This document shows positions 22,742-35,657 of a stretch of DNA of 64,000 nt, one piece after another; within the stretch, counting starts at the first letter, position 1, and every line of letters starts with the position of its first letter. A program made the translations under genes and the position numbers. The stretch spans positions 2,294,001-2,358,000 of the forward strand of contig NC_086098.1 in the NCBI RefSeq assembly GCF_963921235.1, written 5' to 3'. This stretch comes from Mobula hypostoma. Taxonomy: Eukaryota. The notes under the pieces are model-generated. The model saw nothing but the letters and a program-made list of their open reading frames with translations. It did not search any database and was not told where the DNA came from.

Positions 22742-25470
22742 ACACTAGACACTAGAATACTACAGCACAGTATGGGACCTTTGGCCCTCGATGTTATGCC
22801 GACCCATATATTCCTTTAAAATAAACATACTGAACCCACACTAGCCACTAACCCTCTAATTTTCATTCATCCATGTGCCTGTCCAAGAGGCTCTTAAATA
22901 CCCCTAATGTTTTAGCCTCCACCACCATCCCTGGCAAGTCATTCCAGGCACCCACAACACTGTGTAAAAAACTTACCCCTGATGTCTTCCCTGAACTTCC
23001 CTCCCTTAACTTTGCACATATGCCCTCTGATGTTTGCTGTTCGTGCCCTGGGAAACAGGTACTGGCTATCCACCCTATCTATGCCTCTCATAATCTTGTA
23101 GACCTCTATCAAGTCCCCTCTCATCCTTTTATGCTCCAAAAAGAAAAGTCCCAGCTTTGCTAACCTTGCTTCATAAGACTTGTTTTCCAATCCAGGCAAC
23201 ATCCTGGTAAATCTCCTCTGCACCCTCTCTATAGCTTCCACATCCTTCCTATAATTAGGTGACCAAACTGAACACAATACTCTAAGTGTGGTCTCACCAG
23301 AGATTTGTAGAGTTGCAACATGACCTCTCTACTCTTGAACTCAATCCCCCTAATAATGAAGCCTAGCATCCCATAGGCCTTCTTAACTATCCTAGCAACC
23401 TGTGCGCGACCTTGAGGGATGTATAGATTTGAATCTTAAGGTCCCGCTGTTCATCCACACTCTTAAGTAATCGACCATTAACCCTGTACTCAGCCTTCTA
23501 GTTTGTCCTTCCAAAATGCATCACCTCACACTTATCCGGATTGAACTCCATCTGCCACTTTTCTGCCCAACCCTGCATCCTGTCTATATCCTCTTGTAAC
23601 CTTCGACAACCTACAGCTCCATCCACAACTCCTCCAATCTTTGTGTCATCCGCAAACTTACTCACCCATCTATCCGCCTCTTCATCCAGGTCATTTCTAA
23701 AAATCACAAAGAGCAGGGGTCCCAGGACAGATCCTTACGGCACTCCACTAGGCACCGACCTCCAGGCAGAATACTTTCCTTCCACTACTACCCTCTGCTT
23801 TCTTCTTGTAAGCCAATTTTTTATCCAAACACACAAGATTCCACTGATCCCATGCCCTATGACTTTCTGGATGAGTCTCTCGTGGGGGACCTTGTTAAAT
23901 GCCTTGTTAAAATCCATGTAGACCACATCTACCACCCTACCCTCATCAATTTCTTTTGTTTCCTCTTCAAAAAACTAAATTAGGCTCGTGAGGCACAACC
24001 TTCCCTTCACAAAGCCATGTTGACTATCCTTGAGTAGACTGTACTTCTCCAAGTGCTCGTAGATCCTATTCTTAAGAATCCTTTCCAATAGTTTGCAGAC
24101 CACTGGCATAAGACTCACTGGTCTATAGTTCCCAGGATTCTCCCTATTACCTTTTTTTAAACAAGGGAACTACATTTGCCATTCTCCAATCCTCCAGCAC
24201 CTCCCCTGCAGCCAAAGAGGATTCAAAGATCATAGCTACTGCTCCAGCAATCTCTTCTCTCACTTCCCACAGCAACCTGGGGTATATCACGTCTGGCCGT
24301 GGGGATTTATCAATCTTGATGTTTTTGAGAAGATCCAACACTTCTTCTTCCTTAATCTCCACATTGGCCAGCACACAGGCCTGTTCTATTTCGACCTCAC
24401 CCTGATCAAGGTCCTTTTCACTTGTGAATACTGAAGCAAAATATTCATTTAGGACTCCCCAACCTCCTCCACCTCCAAGCACATGTTGCCTTCTTTATCC
24501 TTTAGCCCACTTTCATTCTTGTCATCCTTCTGTTCTTCACATATGCATAGAACGCCTTGGAGTTCTCCTTAATCCTACATGCCAAGGCCTTCTCATGCCC
24601 CCTTTGAGCTCTCCTAAGTCCTTTATTAAGCTCCTTCCTGGCTACCCTATATTTCTCATGAGCCCCTCCTGCTTCCTGCTTCTTATATCTAACATAGAAA
24701 CATAGAAACATAGAAAATAGGTGCAGGAGTAGGCCATTCGGCCCTTCGAGCCTGCATATGCTTCCTCCTTCCTCTTGACAAGTTGCCTCACGTGTTTCGT
24801 CAGCCACGGTTCCCTTTTCCTACCATTTTTTCCTTGTCTCAGTGGGACAAACCTATCCTGAACTCAGCAAAAGTGGTCCCTAAACTTCCTCCACATTACT
24901 TCTGTGCTTTCACCCTTGAACATCTGTTTCCAATTTACTCTCGCTAGTTCCTGCCTCATCCCTTCATAGTTAGCCCTTCCCCAGTTAAGCACTTTCCCAT
25001 TTTGTCTGTTTTATCCTTTCCATAGCTATGCTGAAGCTAAGGGAGTCGTGGTCACTCTCACCAAAATGCTCCCCCACCAAGACGTCTGCCACCTGACCAG
25101 GTTCATTACCCAGAACTAGATCCAGTATGGCCTCTCCTCTCGTCGGCCGATCCACACACTGTGTCAGGAATCCTTCTTGAACACACCTGACAAATTCAGC
25201 CCCATCTATCCCCCTTGCAGTCAGGAGGTGCCAGTCAATATGAGGGAAGTTGAAATCACGCATAACTACAACACTGTATTTCCTGCACCATTCTAAAATC
25301 TGCCTGCTTACCTGCTCCTCGGTGTCCCGAGGGCTATTTGGGGGCCTATAGATTACTCCCAGCACAGTGATTGATCCCTTCCTATTTCTGACTTCCACCC
25401 ACACCGACTCAGTGGACACTTCCTCTGCAGTGTCCTCCCTTTCTATAGCCGTGATACTATCCATGACCAG
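22742..25470 (-). mobile_element. 5'-truncated CR1 ORF2 (APE plus RT), with a ~65-bp CR1 tail inserted at 24694-24756
   Basis: GVIYRPPN, DFNFPHIDW, ESDHD, FADDTKIGG; nested (catagaaa)n-taggtgcaggagtaggccattcggcccttcgag. Confidence 0.93.
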
Positions 25471-25564
25471 TAATAGGTATTCATAGCTTTGTTATTCAGG
25501 GTCTCCCTTCAAAACCTGAAGTGGTGATGTGGACGTGCTCTTGTTCACGTCCACATTACCATTT

Positions 25565-26632
25565 GGACTTTGGACTTTCTGACTAACAGACCCCAATCAG
25601 TTAAGTTAGATAACCCCTCCTCCTCCACTCTCACCCTGAACACCGGCATGCCTCAAGGCTGTGTGCTGAGCCCTGGTTTGTACTCCCTTTTCACCTATGA
25701 CTGTGTTCCTGTACATGGTTCTAACTCCATTATCAAGTTTGCAGACGACACTATGGTGGTTGGTCTGATCAGAGGGGATGACGAGACGGCCTACAGGGAT
25801 GAGGTCCAGCACCTGACTGCGTGGTGGGCCGACAACAATCTGGCCCTTAACACCCAGAAAACCAAAGAGATCATTGTGGACTTCAGGCATGCCAGGAGTC
25901 ACACTCACGTCCCCATCTACATCAACGGAGCTGTAGTGGAGTGTGTATCAAGCTTCAGATTCCTTAGCGTCCACATTTCTGATGATCTCACCTGGTCCCT
26001 GAACTCCTCCATCCTGATCAAAAAGGCACAACAGCGCCTTTATTTCCTGCGGAGCGTGAATAAAGCTCACCTCTGTCCCAGGATACTGACGGACTTTTAC
26101 CCCTGTACCATTGAGAGCATACTCACCAACTGCATCTCAGTGTGGTGTGGCAATTGTCCCGTATCGGACCGCAAAGCACCCCAGTGTGTGGTGAAAACTG
26201 CCCAGTGGATTATTGGCACCCAATTGCCCACCATTGAGAATATCTACCGTAAACGCTGCCTGGGCAGGGCGAAAAGCATTATCAAGGATGCATCTCACCC
26301 TAACCATGGACTTTTTACTCTCCTCCCATCCAGTAGATGCTACAGGAGTCTCCGCTCCCGCGCCAGCAGGCACAGGAAGAGCTTCTTCCCTGAGGCTGTG
26401 ACATTGCTGAACCTCACATCACAGCACTAAGCAGTATTGCATCCGTATTGTACTGTCTCAGTACTTTTATATTTGTGTGCTGTAGCATTTACTTTTTATT
26501 CACAGTTATTTTGTAAGTAACACTATTCTTTGCATTTCTGGTCAGATGCTAAATGCATTTCATTGGCTTTGTACCTGTACTCGGCACAATGACAATAAAG
26601 TTGAATCTAATCTAATCTAATCTAATCTAATC
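25565..26632 (+). mobile_element. Young 5'-truncated Rex1/Babar-type LINE with open 286-aa RT C-terminus
   Basis: [26 protein letters not shown]; aataaa followed by (atcta)n tail at 26605-26632. Confidence 0.93.
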
Positions 26633-27057
26633 ACATACATACTATTCTTCTCAAATGGATTATGACGATCAGAATGTGAGAAATAGAAAACAGAATTCAA
26701 TTGACTGAAACTTCTTCCAGAAATTAATATCATATATTGAGAATATGAGAATTAACACGATTTTAAAGAAGCACCGTTTTGCATATGTTTGTGGAGTTTA
26801 TCAATAGTTTGCATTGGAACCAATGGTACAGTAATCACCCATAAACAGAATTTAATAGATTTCTTTTATTTTGTGACTAAAACTTATTCCATCTGACACT
26901 AATGGTGACTGTGACATTTTGTAAAACTTTCTAATGCCAATGTTGTCACAGTTTTTGAAGCATAATCTTTTGTTACTTATTTTCCTTAATTTAAGAAACA
27001 ATCTAATTGCAGAACTGCAAATTCTAAACCTCCTGGACCAACAGTTAAAGTTAGCTG

Positions 27058-27395
27058 GAGCAACCCACACAACATGCTGGAGGAACTCAGCATGTCAGGT
27101 CAGACAGCACCTACAGAAATGAACAAGCAGTTGATGTTCCAGGCTGAGGCCCTTTATCAGGACTGGGGAGGAAGCGGGGAGACGCCAGATTAAGAAGGTG
27201 GGGGAGGGGAAGGAGGATAGCCGGAGGGTGATAAGTGAAGCAGGTGGGTGGGAATCTGACAGGAGACGACAATGGACTATGGGCGAAATGGAAGAAGAAG
27301 ACAATAGCCAAGTGAGGAGAAAAGGTAAGTGGGGAATAGAAGAAAAGGGAAGGGGAGGAGAAAAGAAAAAAAAGGAAAAAAATATGGAAGGAGAA
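27058..27395 (-). mobile_element. Old Penelope pLTR, decayed hammerhead
   Basis: Minus strand cagtcCTGATAAagggcctcagcctGGAAcatcaactg followed by the tgctg...gagttcctccagca pLTR end; purine-rich 3'UTR like 29630-29890. Confidence 0.7.
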
Positions 27396-27619
27396 GTCAT
27401 TGCTCATGCCATTAGATTGGTATCCTGTGATTTACAAACTTTTACTACAACAGACTCTTTCGGAGACACATTGTCAAGTAATGACGCTCTGTCTTTAATT
27501 AGGAACAATGCTTAACATGTGCAGTAAATAGCATTTGAAATTCCAGTCAAATAGAAAATAATCTTTTTTGACATAGTTACTCAGTTGTGCCAGTAAACAT
27601 TGCAATCTATTTGACTCAG

Positions 27620-28100
27620 AGATGCCTAAAAGAACAGGGAAAGGGAGAGGATGTATTGGAAGAAAGAGAGAGTGTGGATGGAACAAAGTTGAATGAGAAG
27701 AGAAGGAAGTTCAGAGAAAGGACTGGGGAAGGAAAAAGGGCACGTTGTGTTGAAGTGTGAGAGAATGACAAAGAAGGTGGGTGAAGGGAGTGGTAGCAGG
27801 AGAAGAGAGAGTGCATTCATGGAAGATCAGATGAAGAAAGAGCAAGCTTGAAATGGGAGAACCAAAGTATAAATTTAAAGAAAGAGGCAAAAAATGCAGC
27901 CCAGAGAGAAAAGCCAAGAGCCATGAGGGAGAGAGATTGTCGAGATGACCTGATGGGTGAGGGATGGTGAGAGAGAGGGAGAGAGGGATGGGGAGGAGAG
28001 GGAGCAACAGAAAGATTGAGGGACAGACAGAGGTGGGGAGAGGCAGAGGGAGAGGTATTGAGAGGAGAGGAGCAGAGAGAAAGTGAGAGATCTTGTATGC
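27620..28100. repeat. Purine-rich (GA) low-complexity tract
   Basis: Strongly G/A-biased + strand with gagag/ggag runs. Confidence 0.8.
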
Positions 28101-28714
28101 TTCATTCATTGTTCCTTATATACTATATATATGTATATATGACTGGTTGATTGGATACTTGTTTTAATGAACAGGTGTATGGGTATACCTAACACAGTGA
28201 TCACTATATAACTCGGTTATACAGAGTGTGTCTACAAATCTTCCTGATGTAGCTAGCTATTTCTGCTGCTTTTATGATTATTGTCACCCAGTACTCATTG
28301 TTTATGAACTCATGAATTCTTCCATTGTCTGCCTTTTAAAAAATTTGAAGGCTTCCTCCTCTCCTCGAAGAAGCACATGTAATGCTTTTTTTTATTCAAC
28401 AGTTCCTGCTGCACTTTTTTTTCAACTCAAATGTCTTGCAGTAGGTAGGTAGCTGTCACGGGTTCATTTAAAACTTCTTAGTCATGTTTTGTAACTCCAA
28501 AACATAAAAACTAATTTAATAGAAAACAAGGGAGCTCAAATGCATTTGTTTTTATTTTAAGCAAAACGTGCCTGTATGACATGGTGTTATGCTGACCTAT
28601 GCTGTTTATGCACTTCATACAAATAACCATAATCAACAAAGAATATCTGATCAAACAACATATATTCAACATTGCTCAAATACCACTGATACATTAAATA
28701 CACAGAATTCCTTA

Positions 28715-29050
28715 ACACTGACTCAACCTTCAGGGAATCATGCACAAGGACTCCCAAGTCCCTTGGCATCTCAGATTTTATATGCCTTTATTCCTTCTAC
28801 CAAAGTGCATGATCATACACTTCCTCACATTACATTCTATCTGCCACTTCTTTGCCCATTCTCTCAATCTGTCTAAGTTCTTCTGCAGACTCCCTGCTTC
28901 CTCAACACTAGCTGTCTTCCTTTCATCCGCAAACTTGGCCACAAAGCCATCAGTTGCATCATCCGAATCATTGACAAATAACGTGAAGAAGATGTGGTTC
29001 CAGCATCGACACCTGCAGAACACCACTAATCACCGGCAGACAACCAGACA
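28715..29050 (-). mobile_element. Degenerate CR1 RT fragment
   Basis: GFVAKFADE...LQKNLDRLREWAKKWQIE. Confidence 0.8.
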
Positions 29051-29266
29051 AGACCAGTTACAGAACGTAACATTCAGATTTTCTTCAGACTGTTAACATA
29101 TTCCAGACTGCGGTCGTCACACCGCAATAAACCACATTATCTGGACATTTCAGAAGGCTTCACAAAACAAAGTAATTGTAAAAAATATCAAGCAATAGGC
29201 ATTGCTGAATAAAATTAATCGAAGTATCAATTGTTTACATTCTAACATAAATAACGATTCAGGTAC

Positions 29267-29380
29267 CTGTGGTGGACATGATAACCTCCGCCATTGACGT
29301 GCCAGCCAGCTTGCAAAGGGTTGGGTATCTTTGCAGTTTTTGCAATCAGGTGTTGCACATCTCTCCAGCTTAGATCAGGG
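29267..29380 (-). CDS. Internal exon of a subtilisin/kexin-like proprotein convertase (peptidase S8B, C-terminal part of catalytic domain)
   Basis: Minus strand reads aatctgttttccttgtgcag|CCCTGATCTA...GTCCACCACAG|gtacct: pyrimidine tract plus AG acceptor, GT donor, 114 bp, phase 2/2. Translation (N)PDLSWRDVQHLIAKTAKIPNPLQAGWHVNGGGYHVHH(R) matches the convertase signature NPxLTWRDxQH...W.xNG.G..V.H.(Y/F)GFG. Confidence 0.92.
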
Positions 29381-29524
29381 CTGCACAAGGAAAACAGATT
29401 GAACTTTAACACTCACTTTCTTAGCAAACTTCAACCATTTACATCTTTTCTTTTTATACACTTGCATCTAAGTATCCAGCTTAATTTTGAAAACATCTAC
29501 AAAGGCCTGAAAATAGTTTTAATT

Positions 29525-31100
29525 TAGCAAAACACACACATATAAACAATGTTGGTGAGTGCAGCAGGCCAGGCAGCATCTCTAGGAAGAGGTGCAGTCG
29601 ACGTTTCAGGCCGAGACCCTTCGTCAGGATTTGAAAGTGGGAGGGGGAGGGGGAGATCTGAAATGATAGGAGAAGATAGGAGGGGGAGGGATGGAGCCAA
29701 GAGCTGGACAGGTGATTGGCAAAAGGGATATGAGAGGATCATGGGACAGGAGGCCCAGGGAGAAGGAAGGGGCGGGGGAACCCAGAGGATGGGCAAGAGG
29801 TATAGTGAGAGGGACAGAGGGAGAAAAAGGAGAGAGAGGGAAAGAATGTGTGTATATAAATAAATAACGGATGGGGTACAAGGGGGAGGTGGGGCATTAG
29901 CGGAAGTTTGAGAAGTCAATGTTCATGCCATCAGGTTGTAGGCTACCCAGACGGAATATAAGGTGTTGTTCCTCCAACCTGAGTGTGGCTTCATCTTTAC
30001 AGTAGAGGAGGCCATGGACAGACATATCAGAATGGGAATGGGACGTGGAATTAAAATGTGTGGCCACTGGGAGATCCTGCTTTCTCTGGTGGACAGAGCG
30101 TAGATGTTCAGCAAAGCGGTCTCCCAGTCTGTGTCGGGTCTCCTCAATATATAGAAGGCCACATCGGGAGCACCGGACGCAGTATATCACTCCAGCCGAC
30201 TCACAGGTGAAGTGTCGCCTCACCTGGAAGGACTGTCTGGGGCCCTGAATGGTGGTAAGGGAGGAAGTGTAAGGGCATGTGTAGCACTTGTTCCGCTTAC
30301 AAGGATAAGTGCCAGGAGGGAGATTGGTGGGGAGGGATGGGGGGGATGAATGGACAAGGGAGTTGCGTAGGGAGTGATCCCTGCGGAAAGCAGAGAGAGG
30401 TGGGGAGGGAAAGATGTGCTTAGTGGTGGGATCCCGTTGGAGGTGGCGGAAGTTACGGAGAATAATATGTTGGACCCGGAGGCTGGGGGGTTGGTAGGTG
30501 AGGACAAGGGGAACCTTATTCCTAGTGGGGTGGCGGGAGGATGGAGTGAGAGCAGATGTGGGTGAAATGGGGGAGATAAGTTTGAGAGCAGAGTTGATGG
30601 TGGAGGAAGGGAAGCCCCTTTCTTTAAAAAAGGAGGACATCTCCTTCGTCCTGGAATGAAAAGCCTCATCCTGAGAGCAGATGTGGCGGAGACGGAGGAA
30701 TTGCGAGAAGGGGATGGCATTTTTGCAAGAGATGGGGTGAGAAGAGGAATAGTACAGATAGCTGTGAGAGTCAGTAGGCTTATAATAGACATCAGAGCTG
30801 TCTCCAGAGATAGAGACAGAAAGATCTAGAAAGGGGAGGGAGGTATCGGAAATGGACCAGGTAAACTTGAGGGCAGGGTGAAAGTTGGAGGCAAAGTTAA
30901 TAAAGTCAACGAGCTCTGCATGCGTGCAGGAAGCAGCGCCAATGCAGTCGTCGATGTAGTGAAGGAAAAGTGGGGGACAGATACTAGAATAGGTTTGGAA
31001 CATAGATTGTTCCACAAAGCCAACAAAAAGGCAGGCATAGCTAGGACCCATACGGGTGCCCATAGCTACACCTTTAGTTTGGAGGAAGTAGGAGGAGCCA
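29525..31100 (-). mobile_element. 5'-truncated Penelope-like element: RT C-terminus, GIY-YIG endonuclease and 3' pLTR
   Basis: ORF 29897-~31099 has GVAMGTRMGPSYA, RT motif YIDD, CKRNKCYTC, and GIY-YIG region GVIYCVRCSRCGLLYIEETRHRLGDRFAEH. The pLTR carries hammerhead boxes at 29595-29628. Confidence 0.93.
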
Positions 31101-32639
31101 ATAGGTTTCAATAGATTCCCTCCAATTCTTCTAAATTCCATTTGTACAGGCCCAGAGCCATCAAACACTCCTCATACATTAACTCTGCCATTCAGCTTGG
31201 AAAATTACGGATGTAAAAGTGGTGTATTTTAAATCTGTACAGAACAGTTGGCAGAGTATTTGTACCTGCTTTGAACAAAATGACCCAAAAAATACACATT
31301 TTCTGTCTGATCAGCTTCATACAATTTTAAACATTGTACAGTTGGAATAACTTTACAATAAATAAATAAAGGAGATGTATTGCTCTAGCAAAACTTGTTC
31401 AAGCGAACAATCCAAGAAACTGAGGAACTATTTTTATTCATAAGACCATAAGACATAGGAGCAGAATTAGGCCATTCAGCCCATCGAGTCTGCTCCACCA
31501 TTCCATCGTAGCTGACTTCTTTTCATTCTCAACCCCATGTTCAAGAAAAATATCATTCTTTGCCATAACGTATAAAGATCTATGGTACTGAATATAAGGA
31601 TTCGCTCAGGAACTACTAGGGCAATTATTTTTAGTTGCATATTTTAAAAGTTGCGTAAATAATGTTTCTTTAGATATTTTATTACCAGGATATTCATGAC
31701 TCTTTGTAATGAATATTCTTTTTCTGAATTCTGAACGTAGAATAGAGGGAATGCAGTAATGGGAAATTACTTAGCACTTGTCAATAACCTCGTCAGAAAT
31801 TGGTGTATCACAATATTCCTGAAGAATGTGATATTGACCAATAGTATAATATGCATTTAATTGGAGTGAAAATTACATTGAAACTGCAGAGATGGTCTTG
31901 GTGATTGACAGATTCCCACAATTGCATGATGTCACCAATTGCCATTAATGCCAAGAGTATCATGGCAAAAAGCACTTCTGCATTTAAATCGTGTGCAAAA
32001 TGGATCCCTCATAATACAGACAATATTTGCAAGAGATTTAGCTTTGAATGAAACTATAAAACAGGAATTATATAAAATATAGATCAAGGGAGGTATTAAC
32101 AAGTGTTTAGTCGAGATTCCATTTATCATTCGTTCAGCAGAGCAGACATAAACAAGGCACTTTACAAAAACACACTTTTTAAACAGAAGGGATTAGACAT
32201 TTGAGATCCATTACTGTCACTGGATAAAATTTGGTAGTGAAGTATTTATATTTAGCACGCTCTGTGTGAGAAAAGAGATAATTTGGTCACATTTTTTGTT
32301 TGGTCACTGTATTGAATTTACAAGGAAGAAAACACAAAGATAGTGATAAGCTTCTATTATACACTACATATTAAATTTAACATACTTTTTTATTTATACG
32401 TACTGCAAATCATAGTTTTTATTTTTATGTATTGCCATAAAACATCAAGTCACATGACATATGCCAGTGATATTAAACCTGACTCTGATTCTGATGTGAA
32501 AATACACACAGTAGCCACTGGACGAGGTACAGTACAGGACATACCTCATAAAGTGCATGTCAGAATCGGAACCAGGTTTAATATCACCAGCACCAGCATC
32601 TGTCATGAAACTTGCCATCTTTGTGGCAGCAGTACAACG

Positions 32640-35066
32640 CTTGTGGTCTCCAGCTGCTGTAGCCCATCCACTTCAAGATTTGACATGTTGTGCATTCAGA
32701 GATGCTCTTCAGCACACCACTAAAAAGGTAGTGCTGAGCAAACTTGTGGGCATGAAGATAGACAAGTCCCCTAGTCCTGATGGAACGCATCTCAGTGTAC
32801 TGAAAGAAATGACAGAAGCTATAGTAGAGGCTTTGGTGATGATTTACCAAAAATCTCTGGACTCTGAGCAGGTACTGGCAGATTGGAAGACGGTGAATGT
32901 CACACCACTGTTCAAAAAAGGATGTAGGCAAAAGGCAGGTAACTACAGGCCTGTTAGTTTAACATCTAGGAAAATAGTTGAAGCTATCATTAAAGAATAA
33001 ACAGCGAGGCATCTGGAAAGAAATAGAAACATGGAATCATAGAAACATATAAAACCTACAGCACAATACAGGCCCTTCGGCCCACAAAGCTGTGCCGAAC
33101 ATGATCTTACCTTAGAAATTACCTAGGGTTACACATAGCCCTCTATTTTTCTAAGCTCCATGTACCCGCCCAGGAGTCTCTTAAAAGACCCTATCATATC
33201 CGCCTCCACCACTGTCACCGGCAGCCCAATCCACGCGCTCACCACTTTCTGTGTAAAAAACCTACCCCTGACATCTCCTCTGTACCTACTTCGAAGCACC
33301 TTAAAACTATGCCCTCGCATGCCAGCCAATTCAGCCCTGGGAAAAAGCCTCATGATCAATGCCTCTCATCATCCATCAGGTAGATGCAGCATGGATACTA
33401 ACTGAAGTTATTTGAGGATATAATGAGTGCAGTGGATAAAGGGGAACAGATGGATGCTATTTACTTGGATTTCCAGAATGTGTTCAATAAGGTGCTACAT
33501 AAAAGACTTATCTATAAGATAAGAATTAGCACGTATTAGCATGGATAGAGGATTGGTTCACTGATAGAAAGCAGAGAGTTGGGATACATGGATTTTATTC
33601 TAGTTGGCAATCAGTGGTGAGCGGTGTGCCACAGGGGTCAGTGCTGGGCCCGCAACTGTTCACAATATACGTTAATGATCTGGAAGAGGGGACCGAGTGT
33701 AGTGTATCTAAGTTTGCTGATGACACTAAATTGAGTGGAAAAGTAAGTTGCACAGAAGGTACAGAAGAGCTACAGAGAGATATAGATAGCTTAAGGGAGT
33801 GGGCAAGGGTCTGGCAGATGGAGTACAAAGTTGGTTAATGCGAGGCCATCCACTTTGGATGGAAAAATGAAAAAGCAGGTTATTATTTAAATGGTAAAAA
33901 ATTGTAGCATGCTGCTATGCAGAGGGACTTGGGAGTGCTTGTGCATGAATCACAAAAGGTTGGTTTGCAGGTGCAGCAGGCTATCAAGAAGGCAGATGGA
34001 ATGTTGGCCTTTATTGCTAGAGGGATTGAATTTAAGGACAAGAGGGTTATGCTGCAAATGTACAGGGCAAATGGTGAGGTCGTACCTGGTGTACTGCCTG
34101 CAGTTCTGGTCTCCTTACTTGAGGAAGGATCTACAGGCTTTGGAGGTGGTGCAGAGGAGGTTCACCAAATTGTTTCAAAGATGAGGGGTCAGATTATGAG
34201 GAGAGATTGAGTCGCCTGGGACTGTATTCGCTGGAGTTCAGAAGAATGAGAGAAGATCTTATGGAAACATATAAAATTATGGAAGGGATAGATAAGATAG
34301 AGGCAGGAAAGTTGTTTCCACAGGTAGGTGAGACTAGAACTAGGGCACATAGTCTCAAGGTTCGGGGAGGGGTGGTTTAGATTTAGAATGGAGATGAGGA
34401 AGTACTGCTTTTCCCAGAGAGTGGTGAATCTGTGGAATTCTCTGCCCAATGAAGCAGTGGAGGCTACCTCAGTAAATATATTTAAGACAAAACATATTTT
34501 TGCATAGTAGGGGAATTAAGGGTTATGGGGAAAAGGCAGGTAGGTGGAGATGAGTCCATGGACAGATCAGCCAGGATCTTATTAAATGATGGAGTAGGTT
34601 TGATGGGCTGGATGGCCTACTCCTGCTCCTATTTCTTATGTTCTTATGCACATCACTGTGGTAATGCCTGGTTATTTGAGTTAGTCCCCTTCCTGTCAGC
34701 TTGAAGCAGTCTGGCTATTCTCCTCTGATCTCTCTCTTCAACAAGGCTGCTCACTGGATTGTTTTTTTTTTGTTTTTCACACCATTCTCCGTAAACTCTA
34801 AAGACTGTTGTTTGTGAAAATCCCGGGAGATAAACAATTTCTGAAATACTCAAATCAGTCCATCTAGCACCAACAATCATTCCACGGGCAAAGTCACTTA
34901 GATCACGTTTCTTCCCCATTCTGATGTTTGGTCTGAACAACAACTGAATCTCTTGACCACATCGGCACGCTTTTTGTGCATCGAGTTGCTGCCACTTGAT
35001 TGGCTGATTAGATATTCGCATCAGCGAGCAGGTGTACAGGTGTACCTAATAAAGTGGTCACTGAGT
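32640..35066 (-). mobile_element. Tc1/mariner element (32640-32721 plus 34648-35066) split by a CR1 insertion
   Basis: Transposase N-terminus MGKKRDLSDFARGMIVGARWTDLSISEI (ORF 34653-35021); TIR tgtacctaataaagtggtcactgagta at the right end; duplicated gcacaccact / gcacatcact flanks the CR1. Confidence 0.85.
32722..34647 (+). mobile_element. 5'-truncated CR1 LINE with a nested minus-strand CR1 3' fragment (~33024-33370)
   Basis: DWKTVNVTPLFKKG, GVPQGSVLGP, FADD; 3' tail (tcttatgt)n; ~10-bp TSD. Confidence 0.9.
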
Positions 35067-35657
35067 AATGTGCTGGATTATTTCTGGTTTCTCTTGGCAT
35101 TTTCTGCATTTACCATCTTGAATTTGTTGGACTTTTATTATGCATTTTTGACATGTGTTAACCACATGGTCCGGTATTGGCACAAGGAACCTTTCTGTTT
35201 CTCCAACTCTGAGTAAGGTAATACTACTACCACTACTAGTACTACTAATAATAACAATAATAACATTACCATTGTAATTGTTACTATTATATTGACGTAA
35301 TGGTATCAGCTAGCAGCTCATTTCACATACCCATCATCCTCTATGTGAAAATCTTGTCCCATACTCTCCTTAAAATTTTCCAGAACTGACAAATTAAACC
35401 TATTATCATCTCTAGAAACATAGAAACATCTCTAATCTGAGACCCCTGACACTGGGAGAAGTATGAGGCTATCTGTCCTATGTGTGGCCTTCATGATTTT
35501 GTAACTCCCTGTAAGGTCACCCATCAACATCTTCCTCTAGCAGAGAAAACAGTTCTAGATTATTAAATTACTGCAATCATCACAATCACCACTAGGATTT
35601 ATTCAAAATGTTAAAAGAGAATGCCTGTTTTTTGGAAATGGGTTCACAAAATGCAAA

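Noticed and set aside
26905..26955. actgtgaca...tgtcacagt hairpin as pre-miRNA
   Set aside because: Only ~9-11 bp of stem with an unpaired interior; no recognisable mature miRNA.
27616..28109. Leu/Ser/Pro-rich ORFs resembling membrane proteins
   Set aside because: Artefact of the GA-rich low-complexity tract.
31100..31168. N-terminus of the 423-aa Penelope ORF
   Set aside because: The first ~24 codons come from an abutting CR1 fragment, so this is a chance in-frame junction, not a real start.
31771..31818. Exon-like ag...GCTAA|gt segment ending in phase 2
   Set aside because: Translation NIVIHQFLTRLLTSA has no S8 similarity.
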